Assembly (NCBI GenBank): GCA_964016885.1
Contig: OZ024740.1
Coordinates: 184,016,001 to 184,080,000, forward strand
DNA: 64,000 nt
Direction: 5' to 3'
DNA from: Eledone cirrhosa
Taxonomy: Eukaryota
Position numbers and translations under genes: made by a program
The notes under the pieces: model-generated
What the model was told of the DNA's origin: nothing
The model's input: only the letters and a program-made list of their open reading frames with translations
Databases searched by the model: none
Shown: positions 13,561 through 26,941 of the stretch, in pieces
How positions within the stretch are numbered: position 1 is the first letter of the stretch
How the letters are laid out: each line of letters starts with the position of its first letter

Positions 13561-15481
13561 ATGATGGGAAACAAGACAGCAAATATAAAATGTGTGCAAG
13601 TCCTATAAGATTGGTACGGAGAATTGTTGGAAGAAACTACAACCAGCAATTTGATACAGAAGGTAACAGCGCAAGAAATTATCAAATACTCGTTAAGCAT
13701 GATGAGAGCTTGTTTCCCATGACCACAGATTAAATCCACCACCCACACAACATTATTCTCATATCATCATTATTAACTTTACAGATATAATGAAGATGAC
13801 GCACTTCCAGGAATGTACTATTGTCTGATATAACCTCATCGCCTGTATTATGATAAATGGCAATGAGTGGTTTTGAAGATTTGCTGCAGTTCTAGTGTGT
13901 TTTCATATATTATATATAACTTTCCGTGCTGTCTGTTCGTTAATGCTGTAACGGAAGCAGATGAAATTGCAGCTGCCGCTTATGTTGACATAACCAAAGG
14001 GTTTACATCTATTCAATAAAATATTCCCTGCTGGATATTAAATATCTCCTGCTGTGTGATTAATAACATTTGAACAGAAATATTTCTTTCGAATATTCAC
14101 AGGAAATTCCTGTTTCAAAATCCATACCTGTTTTATTATCGTTTGTGTATTCTGTATACTTTTCCTTGGGTTCTTCCTCCTTCGGGCATTTCCTGATTTG
14201 AATACTAATTATTTGCCAGGTTTTGCCGCCATATTCAAGTCTGTACATAATTTGGTATTTTTCCAAGTTTTGGGAACTTTAACACTTAACTCGTTATAGC
14301 AAATATGTTTCAACAATCTGACCAATTAGCCTATTGATATAAAACATCGTATTTTATTTAATTAAGTATAAAACTAGTCAACAGATTCACATTTATATTG
14401 AATATAACTTCGGAATATGTAATGTTCACGATTTCGTTTTTCTCCTGGGCATTAAAGTTATATGGATGCGCACGACTGCTACTTCATATTTTTTCTCATT
14501 ATTTTCTGTGTTAACAGTTATAGGCAAAGTTTCACGTTTTGTGCAGGACATGTCTAAAAATACCTCTTTCCCCTGCTTATGACCTTCAATTCCGTTACGA
14601 AAACATATTATTTAAAAGACAATTGCAACTTTGGTGTAATTATTGCGATATTTATAAAGAATTTCAAACGTTTCAATTGCATTACCACAGTCAATTTGCT
14701 TTCCTTTTCTTTAATTATTGTGTCCTTGAGCAAGACACTTTATTTCAAGTTCTTCCAGTCAGTGGGCCTTAGAATGCTTGACAGAGTCCATCTCCTCTCC
14801 AAGGTTTAAGTCCATCACTAAGTTTTGCCGTCCAATAGAAGTAGTTTCAAGAGGTGTGGCTGAAAATGCTTTCGGAACGAATAGTGAGTCAGGCGATAAC
14901 CATTGTACCCGTCCATCCCTAAGAATGCCTCTGCCGGACTTCAGATTATTCTCTTTACCTGAACACTCCGTCTAGAGTGGCCCTTCAAAGACTAGCTCAA
15001 CCAAATGCGGGAACGTCATTAATTGATTGAGAATAGAATAAAAATGATCCATTTTCCGATTGGTAATTATTTTATCGATCCTGAAAGGTTGAAATGTAAA
15101 GTTGCTCTCGGCGGATTTCGAAGTCATAAAATAAATATATTTAACTAAATATCACAAAGCCTTTTGACTATTGATCTACTAATATTAATAATTAACAGCC
15201 GCCATTTTGTGTGACACTCTTACACTTCTGTCGATCTACAACTACTATTATGTTTGTCCCTCTCCACATTCTGCTATTCACAGTCTTCATTTTGATTGAC
15301 TATTCCAATACCGCATATTCTCAACAATCATGTTGTCTAATACTCTATAAATTATGCCAATCAACTGTCTTTGATGCGAAAGAATATTGAAGAAATGTGT
15401 ATTAACTATTTTCTTAACTCGCAACATTATAGAAAACAGAGAGCAAAAAGAGGAAACAACGCCATATTGTTAGTTAATTTA

Positions 15482-15667
15482 TAACTGTTTCTAGGTTTGG
15501 CACAAGGCCAGTAATTATCCCAGTGCATAACTGGTACTTTATTTTATCGACCGCGTAAGGATTTAAGGCAAAGTTAACCTCGGCGGGATTTGAACTCAGA
15601 TCATAAAGGACCGTAACTCTATGCTGCAAAGCATGGCGTCCGACCATCAACCGATACTGCCAATCGG
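15482..15667 (-). mobile_element. SINE, same family
   Basis: Reverse complement of the family consensus. Confidence 0.88.
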
Positions 15668-16254
15668 ACCATATTTAAAAGTTGATGAATCAATACATAT
15701 CAATATAGTTAATTTATAATGATATGTATTGATTCATCAAATATTAAATGTGGTCCAACTTTGATTTTTAGATGAATTAATTTCCAAATATGGTAACTGA
15801 TATGGATGAGAGAAGGTTAGAAGTAAAATGATTACAGTTATTTGTGGAGAAAAGATTGAGGGTAAGAGTACTGATGTATTCATTTTAACTGAATGCAATT
15901 GAACGTGAATATGGTTTGTAAATGAATGCTCCGAGGTCCTCAACACATTATCCAATGAATGATATATCTATAGTTCCTTCGTATCAAAATATAAATTAAA
16001 CTGATGACAGGCTATTGCTATTCAGTTGCTTTGACGTGGTGAGTCTAATGTGATAACACTTTCACTTACTCAATGTAAGGCAATTTCTGTAAATTGGATG
16101 TATTTCTCTTCTATTGTATTATTCCCTAGTACAACAGCATGTACGGCATTAGTTCCACTCAGAGAATTTAAACATAATCAATTTTCAAAATTCACCAAGA
16201 ATACATAATTAAGGAATCTAATTAAAATGTTCAACAATTTAGAACGATACAAAC

Positions 16255-16450
16255 TAATACATCTTCGTCCATTTATTTCTGAGAGGGTCATGAGGGCTGA
16301 GTCCACGAACACTCCTTTCCAGTGGTGGTTCATGTCAGAAGTAACCGTCTCCAATTCATCCGACTGGATACCCAAGTGAGACCATTGGATCTCATGGGCG
16401 ATATCCAACCATCTTGCTCGGGGTCTATCACTGAGTCTCCCGGGAGGTCT
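16255..16450 (-). mobile_element. 3' end of RTE (Expander-like) LINE
   Basis: Peptide W.DIAHEIQWSHLGIQSDELETV is homologous to 19380-19500(+) and 41760-41850(+). Confidence 0.65.
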
Positions 16451-17025
16451 CCAATTTAGGTGGTCTTATTTGTGTCAGTCATCAATCTGTTACTTTCTCA
16501 GGCTCGGGAAGACTAGAGATGGCCTTTATTCACCTCATCATAGCGACATCACTGGGTTGTGAGAGTCTTCTTGGGAGCTATAGGTGTGACCCGTTTCTCA
16601 TTTCCCCAAAATATTTACCGCTGTTTGTACACGGTTGCTTATTCGTCCGGTAGGTTCCTGCTTGTATCACAACAGACCATCATATCTGGTGACTGTATCA
16701 CTATCTGCCTCCTGTGACCCGTTCTTTAGCAAAACAGATCTGCCGAAATATAAACTAATACATGTAGAACTACATTCAATGCACACACCTATACATACAT
16801 ACACCTACATTCACACTCACGTCCACACACAAATGCCCATGCACGTACGCCCCCCTCCCCCCACTCATATATATATGGATATGAAGAAAAATAGTAGTAC
16901 AAGACAGCTATATACATCCCTAGAGACAGAGAAAGATGCCCTCTACGCCTATGAGATTATATGTCTAATTTGTCGTGTGCCAGACGTCTGAGTTACCAAT
17001 ACACAAATACATGTATATATATATG

Positions 17026-17211
17026 TAATTGTTTCTACTTTAGGCACAAGGCCAGCAATTACCCAGTGCATTACTGGTGCTTTATTTTATCGACCCCGTA
17101 AGGATGAAAGGCAAAGTCAACCTGGGCGGGATTTGAACTCAGATCGTAAAGGGACGTAAGTATGCTGGAAAGCATGGCGTCCGACCCTCTACCGATACTG
17201 CCAATCCACCG
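17026..17211 (-). mobile_element. SINE, same family
   Basis: Reverse complement of the family consensus. Confidence 0.9.
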
Positions 17212-17731
17212 CTGTATATATACATGTATATATATATGTAATGATTGAACAATTAATATTTATAAAGACTTGAACAAATTTAAATTGTGAAAACTTATTG
17301 TTAGCTGATCCAATCTAGGATTTTGATTATGAAAACTAACCGACCCCATTTGAAGAATGTCTTCAAGGATGAAATCAAATTTGACACGAAGTGGGTGAGA
17401 GTCAGTTTCCAGAGCACAAGTTTCGATGGTGTGATCTGGTAGGATGTCCCAAGTTCCATGAATGACAATAGATGGAGTTCTTAGTTGTTCTTGCTAATTT
17501 GCGCGTTCGACCCGTTAGAATGCTTTGCTGGTGTCAGTTGTAAAATAACTTTACTAATTCATATTTCGCGGAGTTAAAAGCTCAACGGTGGGCCACGTAA
17601 AGGAGTGTGGAATTAGAGTAAGTTTGAGTTTTTACATAGTGATCAAGTTGGTCTCTTTTTTTGAAAGCTATACTGGTGATCAATATGAAGTGAATGGGTA
17701 GGAGAGTTATAAAATGCGGTTATTAATTATT

Positions 17732-17912
17732 ATTGGCAGTATCTGTAGAGGGTCGGACGCCATGCTTTGACGCATAGAGTTACTGCCCTTGCCATTTTGA
17801 GTTCAAATCCCGCCGAGGTTAACTTTGCCTTTCATCCTTACGGGGTCGATAAATAAAGTACCAGTAATGTACTGGGTATTTGCAGGCCTTGTGCCAATAG
17901 TAGAAACAATTA
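17732..17912 (+). mobile_element. SINE, same family (subtype with tttgacgcatagagttac)
   Basis: Matches the family consensus. Confidence 0.88.
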
Positions 17913-19077
17913 ATTATTATATCATACATTTTTGAGCTGTTGCAATTGAGACCAACTGACTAATATTGTAGTAACCTTCTATAGTGTGTTCCACTTTACA
18001 GAATGGCTTACGCTATAGAGTATTTACAAATATTTAAATAAATCTCATTAGAGAGGGCAAAGATTGGCTCAGATATATATTGTTTGAGTGCAATGGACGA
18101 GACATTTTCAGGACGAATAGTTTTGTTGGTTTGAAGCAATTGGAAGTACTTTCCTATTATAGCAGGACAGCCTTAAGAAATGAATATATTTTATTTAGAA
18201 AAATAAAAATTGAGTTGCGTAAAACGTATGTTTTATCGGTGTTGATATTATAATTAAATTTAACTCTGCTTATAATTTATTTCTATAATGTTGAGAACAA
18301 TCACGAAATAATGAATTGAAAAAAGTGGGAAAACAAAACAAACAAAATGGATTAAAGAAGAAAAGATACCGATGATACTAAACAGTTAAGTGACAACAAG
18401 ACAATATCTAAGAAATAATGAATTTCTTTGTATGTTCTTCTATCATTTGAAGTCATTATTTTAAGTCTGTATAATTGCACTTCAATAACAAATATGTCGA
18501 TGTCATACTTGTTAGTTGCACTCAGTTAGCTTTATCTTTTGTTGAGAAAATGCACTGAATTTCCGTTAGAACTTCCATTATATCTCCGCAGACAGACACA
18601 AATACACATTGGAAATACATTGTTTCAACATTGAATGACAGAACTATACATATTTAATGAGAAGAGTGACTAATTAAAAGTGGGAAAGAAACTAACTAAG
18701 ACTTTTAATTCCTATTCGAAACAAATTTCAAGCAGCATTTGTAAAGATATTTTTTGATGATTTTCCTTTCATCTAATATAGTAACTAATTAAATGTCTCT
18801 ATTGGTTCTGTGTACTTTAAGGTAGCGTTATCCATCCCAGACCAACCGACTGATTTACTGTTACTTCTTATAAAAGTGATACGCAATTTCAAATATTATC
18901 TTTCACATTTTCCACGATCAACACAAGTGTAATGAGACTCTAACGAGTTTATTTCTCTTTCGACTATATTAAGATATAGATACTTTACATCTCAAGACAA
19001 AATACTCACATCATACTCTATCTACTGAGCAATAATACATAATTTTAATCATTACACTCTCTAAAAATGTTTTGTAT

Positions 19078-19272
19078 TCAGTATCAGAAGCGCGTCAGAC
19101 ACCATGCTTTGCAACGTGGAGTTATAGCCCTTTACGTTATGATTTCAAATCCCACCCACGGTAACTTTGCCTTTCATCCTTACGTGGTCGATAACATAAA
19201 GCACTAGTAATGCGCTGGGGTCGATTTATTCGGCTTTCCACTCACCTTCAAAGTATTCGCCTTGTGCCTATT
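19078..19272 (+). mobile_element. Older, diverged SINE copy
   Basis: actttgcctttcatccttacgtggtcgata ... ccttgtgccta. Confidence 0.75.
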
Positions 19273-19289
19273 ATTATATTTCAGAACCA

Positions 19290-19563
19290 GTGGTTAGAAT
19301 GTCTCAGGAAATAAGCGCTGGACAGATTTTACCAGCCAAAATCAGGAGACCGGGGGGTGGGTAGATCGTAAGCAAATGGTTGGATAACATCCACGAGCTC
19401 GGCTGGTCTCACTCAGGGATGTTGCCGGATCAGTTAGAGACGGTTGTTTCTGGCACGTCCCGCTGGAAAGCATGCTTGAGAACTCTGCTCTACGAGCCCC
19501 CCAGTGGGCGAAGAAGAAGAAGAAGAAGAAGAAGAAGAAGAAGAAGAAGAAGAAGAAGAAGAA
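19290..19563 (+). mobile_element. 3' end of RTE (Expander-like) LINE with (AAG)n tail
   Basis: Homologous to 41670-41868, which is attached to an RT fragment; ends in a long AAG repeat. Confidence 0.7.
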
Positions 19564-19696
19564 ATCCCAGAACTTCACATGGAAACAGGAAAGATGTTAA
19601 GCATTTCCGATTCTATGACTTGATATGGCAAGGATTAATTTGGTGTTTAATTTAACATACTGAAATGTTAACCAAATGAGTCAGAGATATGGTATA

Positions 19697-19761
<65 letters not shown>

Positions 19762-19765
19762 ATAT

Positions 19766-19803
<38 letters not shown>
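19697..19803. repeat. (AGT)n microsatellite
   Basis: Seen directly. Confidence 0.95.
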
Positions 19804-21972
19804 ACGTATGTCATCATTCGTGCCAATACCACGTGTATTTCAACTATGCTCGCATAGCCAGACAGTTAGTCTTTGTAGGGGAAAAAACAGCCTGCCATAT
19901 GATTCTGCCAAGTCTAACATTAGTAAATTCCCTTCGAAGGAGACTGGGTGACATGATCATCTCTAAGGAAAATTTGGAAATAAATTAAGATATGATTATG
20001 AATATTTATCTGAAAATACGCAATTAGAAATTTGAAATATTGATCATTAGAAAATAAAATGAAGCGGTTTGCAAATAATAGTTGTCTTGAAATATTTAAT
20101 CTTTTCGGGGCAAAGCAAATTTTGTGAAAAGATAAATACAACAAAAGTCGTTTTAATACAAATAAGTGACTCTTTCTTTAACAGGAAAACCAAAAAATCT
20201 ATTCCATCTAAATCATTCCGATTGGGGCTTTAAGTTAATTGTTTTTCAGTTTTATACTAGTTGTCGATTGAAAAGCGATCAAACGATTCTTGGTATGTCT
20301 AACGTACATTGAATTATTAAATGTCCATAGTTGAACTAAAAGAAAGCTAACCAAACTATTTTGAAAATGACATCACTTATATAAATTTTAACCCTTTCCT
20401 TGCCATATCTCTTGTGGAAAATAGTGCCTATGATTTTGAAATAATTTTTTAAAGGGAACATGAATTTGAAGGGAATCAATGATATAACTAAGTTTCTTAT
20501 TATTAAGATGGCGCTTGGAACATAACAAGGCTTCTTACATAAAATTATGATAAGTTTTTAGATAAATATAAACATTTTATAATAAACAGTCCTACAGTGT
20601 CATTTCAGGCAATTCGATACCTAAACTCTTAAATAGACGACTGACCTTTGAAAACGTTTGATGACGGTGGCGACCTGGGTGGTTTTGAAATAACGTGTGG
20701 CAAACAGCCATAACAGATAAAACCGTTGAAAGGACATTTTAGTTTCTATTTACTCTACACAATTACTGTGAAAGTTTCCAATTGTAGTTTCGTCTTCTAA
20801 CAGCTACGATCACTACCGGTTTAAAATCATATCCTCTGGTTTGATTATGCAATAAGACAACAATACCATTGTTTTTAATTTCTACCACTAGGTTGTGTAG
20901 AGCCTATTGTCTAACGCAGACTCTAAGTTACACAATTTATGATTTTCTATAGTAAATATATATCAGGTCAAACTTCTGTCTGCTACCATGTAATCAAGTA
21001 CAACTTGCATCATGGTTGAGCAGTCAGCGGCCAGATTGGCTCCCCCAGCAGATTCTAGTCTTTATGTGGAACACCAGGAGTACACAAACACATAAGTTGT
21101 TAAAATAGCGAATGAACTCCTTAGAGCCAATGGCCACATACTCCAACCCTGGGTTAAATAGCCTCATGAACCTGCAATCGGCCACACGTTGATTTCGATT
21201 ACATCCCTGAAGACATGCTTCAAGCAGGGGAGGTCAACCAGGGAGGGCTCCTGCCAATTGGAGTGAGAAACCCTGGTATTTAATGTATAAAGCCAGAGAG
21301 TGGTGGATCGTTAATAGACAGTTAAAATACTCTGTTGTATTTAATTACTGTCATTTACCTTCTGACTTAAAATTCCACCGTGGCCAATTTGACTTTCATC
21401 TTTCTTCGGTCGATAAAATAATGTTCCAGTAAAGTACTGGGTCGATTTAATGGAGTTTCCCCTCCCCATACATTGCTGGCGTTGCGCTTATATTAAAAAA
21501 CTGTTAAATGTATCAAGAATGTTGACCAAAATCTATTCATTCATTCACTGACTTTTAATAATTTATCACTTTACTATCGTATTTGGCCTTCGTAACGTCA
21601 TAGAATGTAGCATTGGCGATAAACATTCTTCGCTGAAAAAGAAAAAGAAATTGACTACTGCAGAATAAAATATTTTTAACCAACAAAACTAATCTTTTTA
21701 AATATTTTTTTTTTAACATTTTCATTTCATACTTTTAAAAAAGGTGATTCTTATTTTTAAAAGTTATTTAGATTGCCGTTCATTATTTCTATTTTTACTT
21801 CTGTTGTTTTTTTATTAGCAGCTTAAAACTAAAGTCACAACTTTTAAATTCTCTCTAACTATATGGAACTTTTATTTATACTTTTAGTTTATAGCTACTT
21901 CAATTCTCTTGACAGACATTAGAAATCTACAAAACATTTATCATTCTGATGCAATTTATTTGCTTGTCTCTT

Positions 21973-22146
21973 ATGTATGTATGTATGTGTATGTATGCAT
22001 GTATGTATGTATGTATATATGCATGTATGTATGCATGCATGCATGTATTTATGTATATTTATATGAGGGTGTATGTATATATAATGTGATTTGTGTGTGT
22101 GGGGGTGTGGGTGTGTGGGTGTGGGTGGATGTGTGGGTGTGGGTGG

Positions 22147-22224
<78 letters not shown>

Positions 22225-22230
22225 GCGCGC

Positions 22231-22274
<44 letters not shown>

Positions 22275-22280
22275 ATGTGT
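21973..22280. repeat. Compound (ATGT)n/(GT)n microsatellite
   Basis: Seen directly; explains the spurious CV/HT-repeat ORFs. Confidence 0.95.
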
Positions 22281-23549
22281 GCTGTTGTTTAAATGCGTAA
22301 GCATTAAAGTGATCAATATACGCTCGCGCCATGATGTGAAGAATCCATCTTGTGAGTATGTATGAGTAAGTAACTACATATTTAAATCTATGTACTTAAC
22401 TTTGCCTCAAACGAAGTGACAATCGCTGATACATACACGGATATTTGTATTCAAATCCATACACACTATCTCTCTTTCTCTCTTGGCCTCTCTTTTTAAC
22501 CCCCTCTCTCTTTCTCTCTGTTGGTTACATTAGAAATTGTTTTACTTTTGTTTTCATGCAATGTAGATACTAATGATGCGATATCAATATCGGATATGTG
22601 CGAACTGTAAGTATTGTAAATATATAACAATATTTCAGAAGAGATATCTTTGTCATAAGATTGATTATTGGTTGAACCAGCAAACTTCCTGTACTTTGTG
22701 TACCTGCAATTTACAGATTTAGGTAATTATCTGGAAGAAAATGAGCTCCACTAACTTGTTTTTCCCTCTCAATATGTTAGCTGAATAACTTTCCTTTAAT
22801 AGTGTCTTATAGACCCGTCAGCGTTTAATGCTATCGTGAATAAACATTGTTGGTGATTTGTAATAATCTTATAAAACATGAAATAAAATAAGTTCTGTGA
22901 AAACATAATGCAGAAAGTGAGTTATGTGAGATAGGAATTAATTTAATTAGGACAGACAATGAAAAATATGAAATGTACAGATGGCACGTTCTTCGTAACC
23001 CCGCGAGGTGAGGTGGCTCTCGCAGCGGGTTGTCGCTAGTCATTGTCAGCAGGAATGCTTTTGCAGTCCTGTCCATGGGACCCAGCCCCATTACCGCAAC
23101 GCCCTAGGGCAAGATCCCAATCACCCTCCAACTCCCCCTCATTATTCTGTGACACTAGAGCCCTTGCCTTTCCATTTTTCTTTTCCGTTTGTTAAAAAAT
23201 ATTTTCTTATTTTACATTCCATTTTTTCTACTCAATCCTTTTGTTTTCTTTTTCTATTAAATTGTATTTACATGATATATTAAATAAATCAGAACCGTTT
23301 AAAAAGAATGTTGGAAAAAAGTTAAAGGAGAAGGTGTAAATGTTGCAAAATAAAACTAAAATTATGTCAACGTTACATTTTAAAGAAATTTAAAATTGGA
23401 GCTAACAAAATGGATGTAGTAGTTTATTTTCTTGGATCAAATGTTGTAAGAAGTTGGAGATGCTCAAATGAAATAAATGTTGTCATGATGAGACTACAAG
23501 AAATTATAAAATATGATGTAGATGCTTACATATATGTATATATATATAT

Positions 23550-23587
<38 letters not shown>

Positions 23588-23590
<3 letters not shown>

Positions 23591-25860
23591 TAATCACCTC
23601 AATTGAGAATGAATGGAGAATCATAAAAACTATTATTGAAAAGGCTGCTACTGAAACTCTGGGCTCAGAACCAGAAAACACCAAGACAGGAACTGTGAAA
23701 AATTATGTTATGATCACTGATGCCATTGAAACCCAGTGACGAGCTCAGATAGAGTGTGACGCGCAGAAATGCTCAAAAGCTGAAAAATAGACATGTTTCC
23801 AAGAAGCCAAGGCAAAAGCAAATGCTAAAACCTTTTACAAGAAGAAAAAAAACATGTGGTATTAAGAATGATCACAAAGAATCCACACATATGCAGACAA
23901 CAAAGGTCAGAAGGTCTTCTATATAGCCAGCAAGCAACTCTATGGACAGACAACTTCATCAACATGCGTACACCTAACAACTAACAAGACGACAGTACTA
24001 ACGGACGCCCTGGACATTCTAGAGAGTTGGAGGGAGCACTTTGCAAGTTTCCTGAATAAGACCACGAACATCACTGTTGACTATCTGAAAAAGGCTCCAC
24101 AACGTCCGGAACTGTACTGGATATCCTTACCACCAATCCAGAATGAACTTCAGGTATTTGCTAGGCAGATAGCATCAAACTAATCTCCCGTACCTGACAG
24201 CATCCCCCTGGAATTGTTGAAGTACGCTGGAAAACATTTTTCAAAGAAGATTAATTATGCTTATTTTGGATATTGGGAACAGAAACAACTGTTCAGTGAT
24301 TGGAAGGTTGTACACATAATCACCATCTACAAAAAATAGATAAAAGTTTATGCGGCAACTACATATGAATCCCGCCCCCCCTCTCCCACCTGGCAGAAAC
24401 TGCTTTAACAAGAATAATGTTAATATATTTACAGATGCATACAGAGCTCATACTACCAGTGTCCCAACGTAGATTCCACTCCAACAAAGCGTCTATATAC
24501 ATGATCTTCGGTGCAACACAGATACAGGAAAACAGCAGAAAACATCAAAACCCATTTACGTATATCAATGTTTGTGATCTTGAAAAAGCATTTGATAATA
24601 CAGCTAGACGCAATGTAGAAGGTATTGGAACGGTTTGGATGTCTACCAACAATGCTCTCCATTATCAGATCATTCAACGATGATATGGTGGGCAGGGTGG
24701 GGCACAAAACCTACACCGAAACATTCCCGATCATATGTAGCTTAAAACAGGGCTCTGTCTTGGCACTTCCCCTTTACTCTGCCTATTGGTATTTAGCAAC
24801 TATGATGTGTGAAGTCCCAACTGACAGCCCTGGAGTAGATCTGCTCTACCGACATTGTGGGGCCTCTTCAATACTACCCGCTTTCGATCTAGGAGAAACA
24901 CCACGGCCTTCAAAGTTACCTACTTTCAGTTTGCCGATGATATGGCGCAGTCAGCAGTGCGGAAGATATTGAAAGCTCTGTAAGGAATTACACAAACGCA
25001 TACCAGTAATTTGGCCTCACAGTAAATGTGGATAATACTAAAAACCTGACCTACCTGAACCAACACCACAGGATGAAATGGACCTGACTCCAACATCAAA
25101 ATCCGAGGGGTGGAGGATGCAACATCAATCAAGGACATCGAATGTAAGATACAGGTAGGAAGTGCTGCATTTGCGTGACATAACAAGAGAGTCTTCCAGA
25201 ACAGAGATTTGAATAGGGAAAGAAAGCTCATGGTGTATAAAGTTTTGTATGGAAGGGATATGTGGACGTTGTACGGGAAAGATATAAAGAAACAGGAGGT
25301 TTCATGAACATCAAGTGGCAGGATAAAGCGAATAACCCTCGATGCAGTTTTCAGTAGAAGAGAAGCATCAGAATCACCACAATAGTATAACATTTGTTAT
25401 GGACGGGACATGTCAGACACATGAATAAATGCCGGCTACCCAAGAAAGTTTTCTACCATGACCTGATTGAACGAAAATGCCAGCTTTGTGCAGCAAAATG
25501 ACACTACAAAGACAAACTCAAGCGAACACACAAAGGCTTCAACTTGAATCACAACAACTGGGAATCTGATTCGCTGGACAGGGAGCTTTGGATGAAGAAG
25601 GGGAAAACGGGCACAACGTACGTTGAGTTGGCGAGGAAAGATGCCCTTGAGACGAAATAATCCGATTGAACAAAGCCCTGCAGCCCTATTCACTGCCACA
25701 TATTCAATGCCGAAACTGCTCCCGACTCTGTCGTGCACAGATTGGAATAAGTCACCTATGTCTCCATAATTGAGAGAAATTGATCCTCTATACTCGGACA
25801 TGGATGCAGAGCGAAATACCAACCCAAGGGCAGGATTGATGGAGTCATTCTACTCACATA
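23588..25860 (+). mobile_element. Highly degenerate RTE/BovB-like LINE
   Basis: Fragments WREHFASFLN, SPVPDSIPLE, DLEKAFD, KQGSVLALPL, FADD, WTGHV..M...RLP; many stops and frameshifts. Confidence 0.8.
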
Positions 25861-26127
25861 GCTTAAGAGGGTGTTTGTATGATTGCAAATGAATCGAATG
25901 TTATTATTAATATTCGAAAAACTCAGATCTACGATATATATATATACTATTGACTCTTCATAATATATATATATATAAAATTAGAAATGGTGCTCTGAAA
26001 TAGCGATATATATATGAAGTGTATTTTGCAATACTCTGTATTTGTAATTAAAAGCATTTCGAAGACCTTACGCTATTGTTTTACAGTAGTGACAGTCTCA
26101 CATATTTTAAATTTTCAGCAAACAAGG

Positions 26128-26189
26128 GGAGATAAAGCTGACAGAGCTCTGTTTCGTACTTTCTGTTACTTATCAAAGCTAAGTACTCC
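26128..26189 (-). ncRNA. Type I hammerhead ribozyme, U3-A8 core variant (copy 1)
   Basis: GGAG tactt AGCT-TTGATAA-GTA(acagaaag)TAC-GAAA-CAGAGCTCTG-TC-AGCT ttat CTCC. Confidence 0.72.
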
Positions 26190-26449
26190 ACCTGTCTGCT
26201 GAAAACCATGAATGTTTGATTGTTATAGAATTCTAGTTGATAATTATGAACTGATTATACAGAGCGGTTGCCGGTCAAGCAGAAATTGAAAATTAGAATT
26301 GGTGCTCTGAAATAGCGATATATATATATATGAATGTATATATAGTGTATTTTGCAATACACTGTATGCTTAATAAAGAGCATTTCGAAGACTTACGCTA
26401 TTGTTTTAGAGTAGTGACAGTCTCACTAACTTTACATTTTCAAACAAGG

Positions 26450-26511
26450 GGAGATAAAGCTAACAGAGCTCTGTTTCGTACCTGTTGGTACTTATCAAAG
26501 CTAAGTACTCC
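26450..26511 (-). ncRNA. Type I hammerhead ribozyme, U3-A8 core variant (copy 2)
   Basis: GGAG tactt AGCT-TTGATAA-GTACC(aaca)GGTAC-GAAA-CAGAGCTCTG-TT-AGCT ttat CTCC. Confidence 0.75.
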
Positions 26512-26879
26512 ACCTGTCTGCTGAACATCATGAATGTTTGATTCTTATAGAATTCTAGTAATAATCATGAACTGATTATACAGAGCGGTTGCCGGTCAAG
26601 CAAAAATTGAAAATTAGAATTGGTGCTCTGAAATAGCGATATATATATATGAATGTATATATAGTATATTTTGCAATACACTGTATGCTTAATTAAAAGC
26701 ATTTCGAAAACCTCACGCTATTGTTTTAGAGTAGAGACAGTCTCACTTACTTTACTTTTTCAGAGCACCAATTCTAATTTTCAATTTCTGCTTGACCGGC
26801 AACCGCTCTGTATAATCAGTTCCTGATTATTACTAGAATTCTATAAGAATCAAACATTCATGATTTTCAGCAGACAGGT

Positions 26880-26941
26880 GGAGTACTTAGCTTTGATAAG
26901 TAACAGAAAGTACGAAACAGAGATCTTTCAGCTTTATCTCC
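26880..26941 (+). ncRNA. Type I hammerhead ribozyme, U3-A8 core variant (inverted copy, stem III damaged)
   Basis: GGAG tactt AGCT-TTGATAA-GTA(acagaaag)TAC-GAAA-CAGAGATCTT-TC-AGCT ttat CTCC. Confidence 0.62.

Noticed and set aside
22975-23160. GC-rich patch as an HDV-like ribozyme or RTE 5' UTR (similar patch at 20950-21290)
   Set aside because: I could not assemble the nested double pseudoknot by eye.
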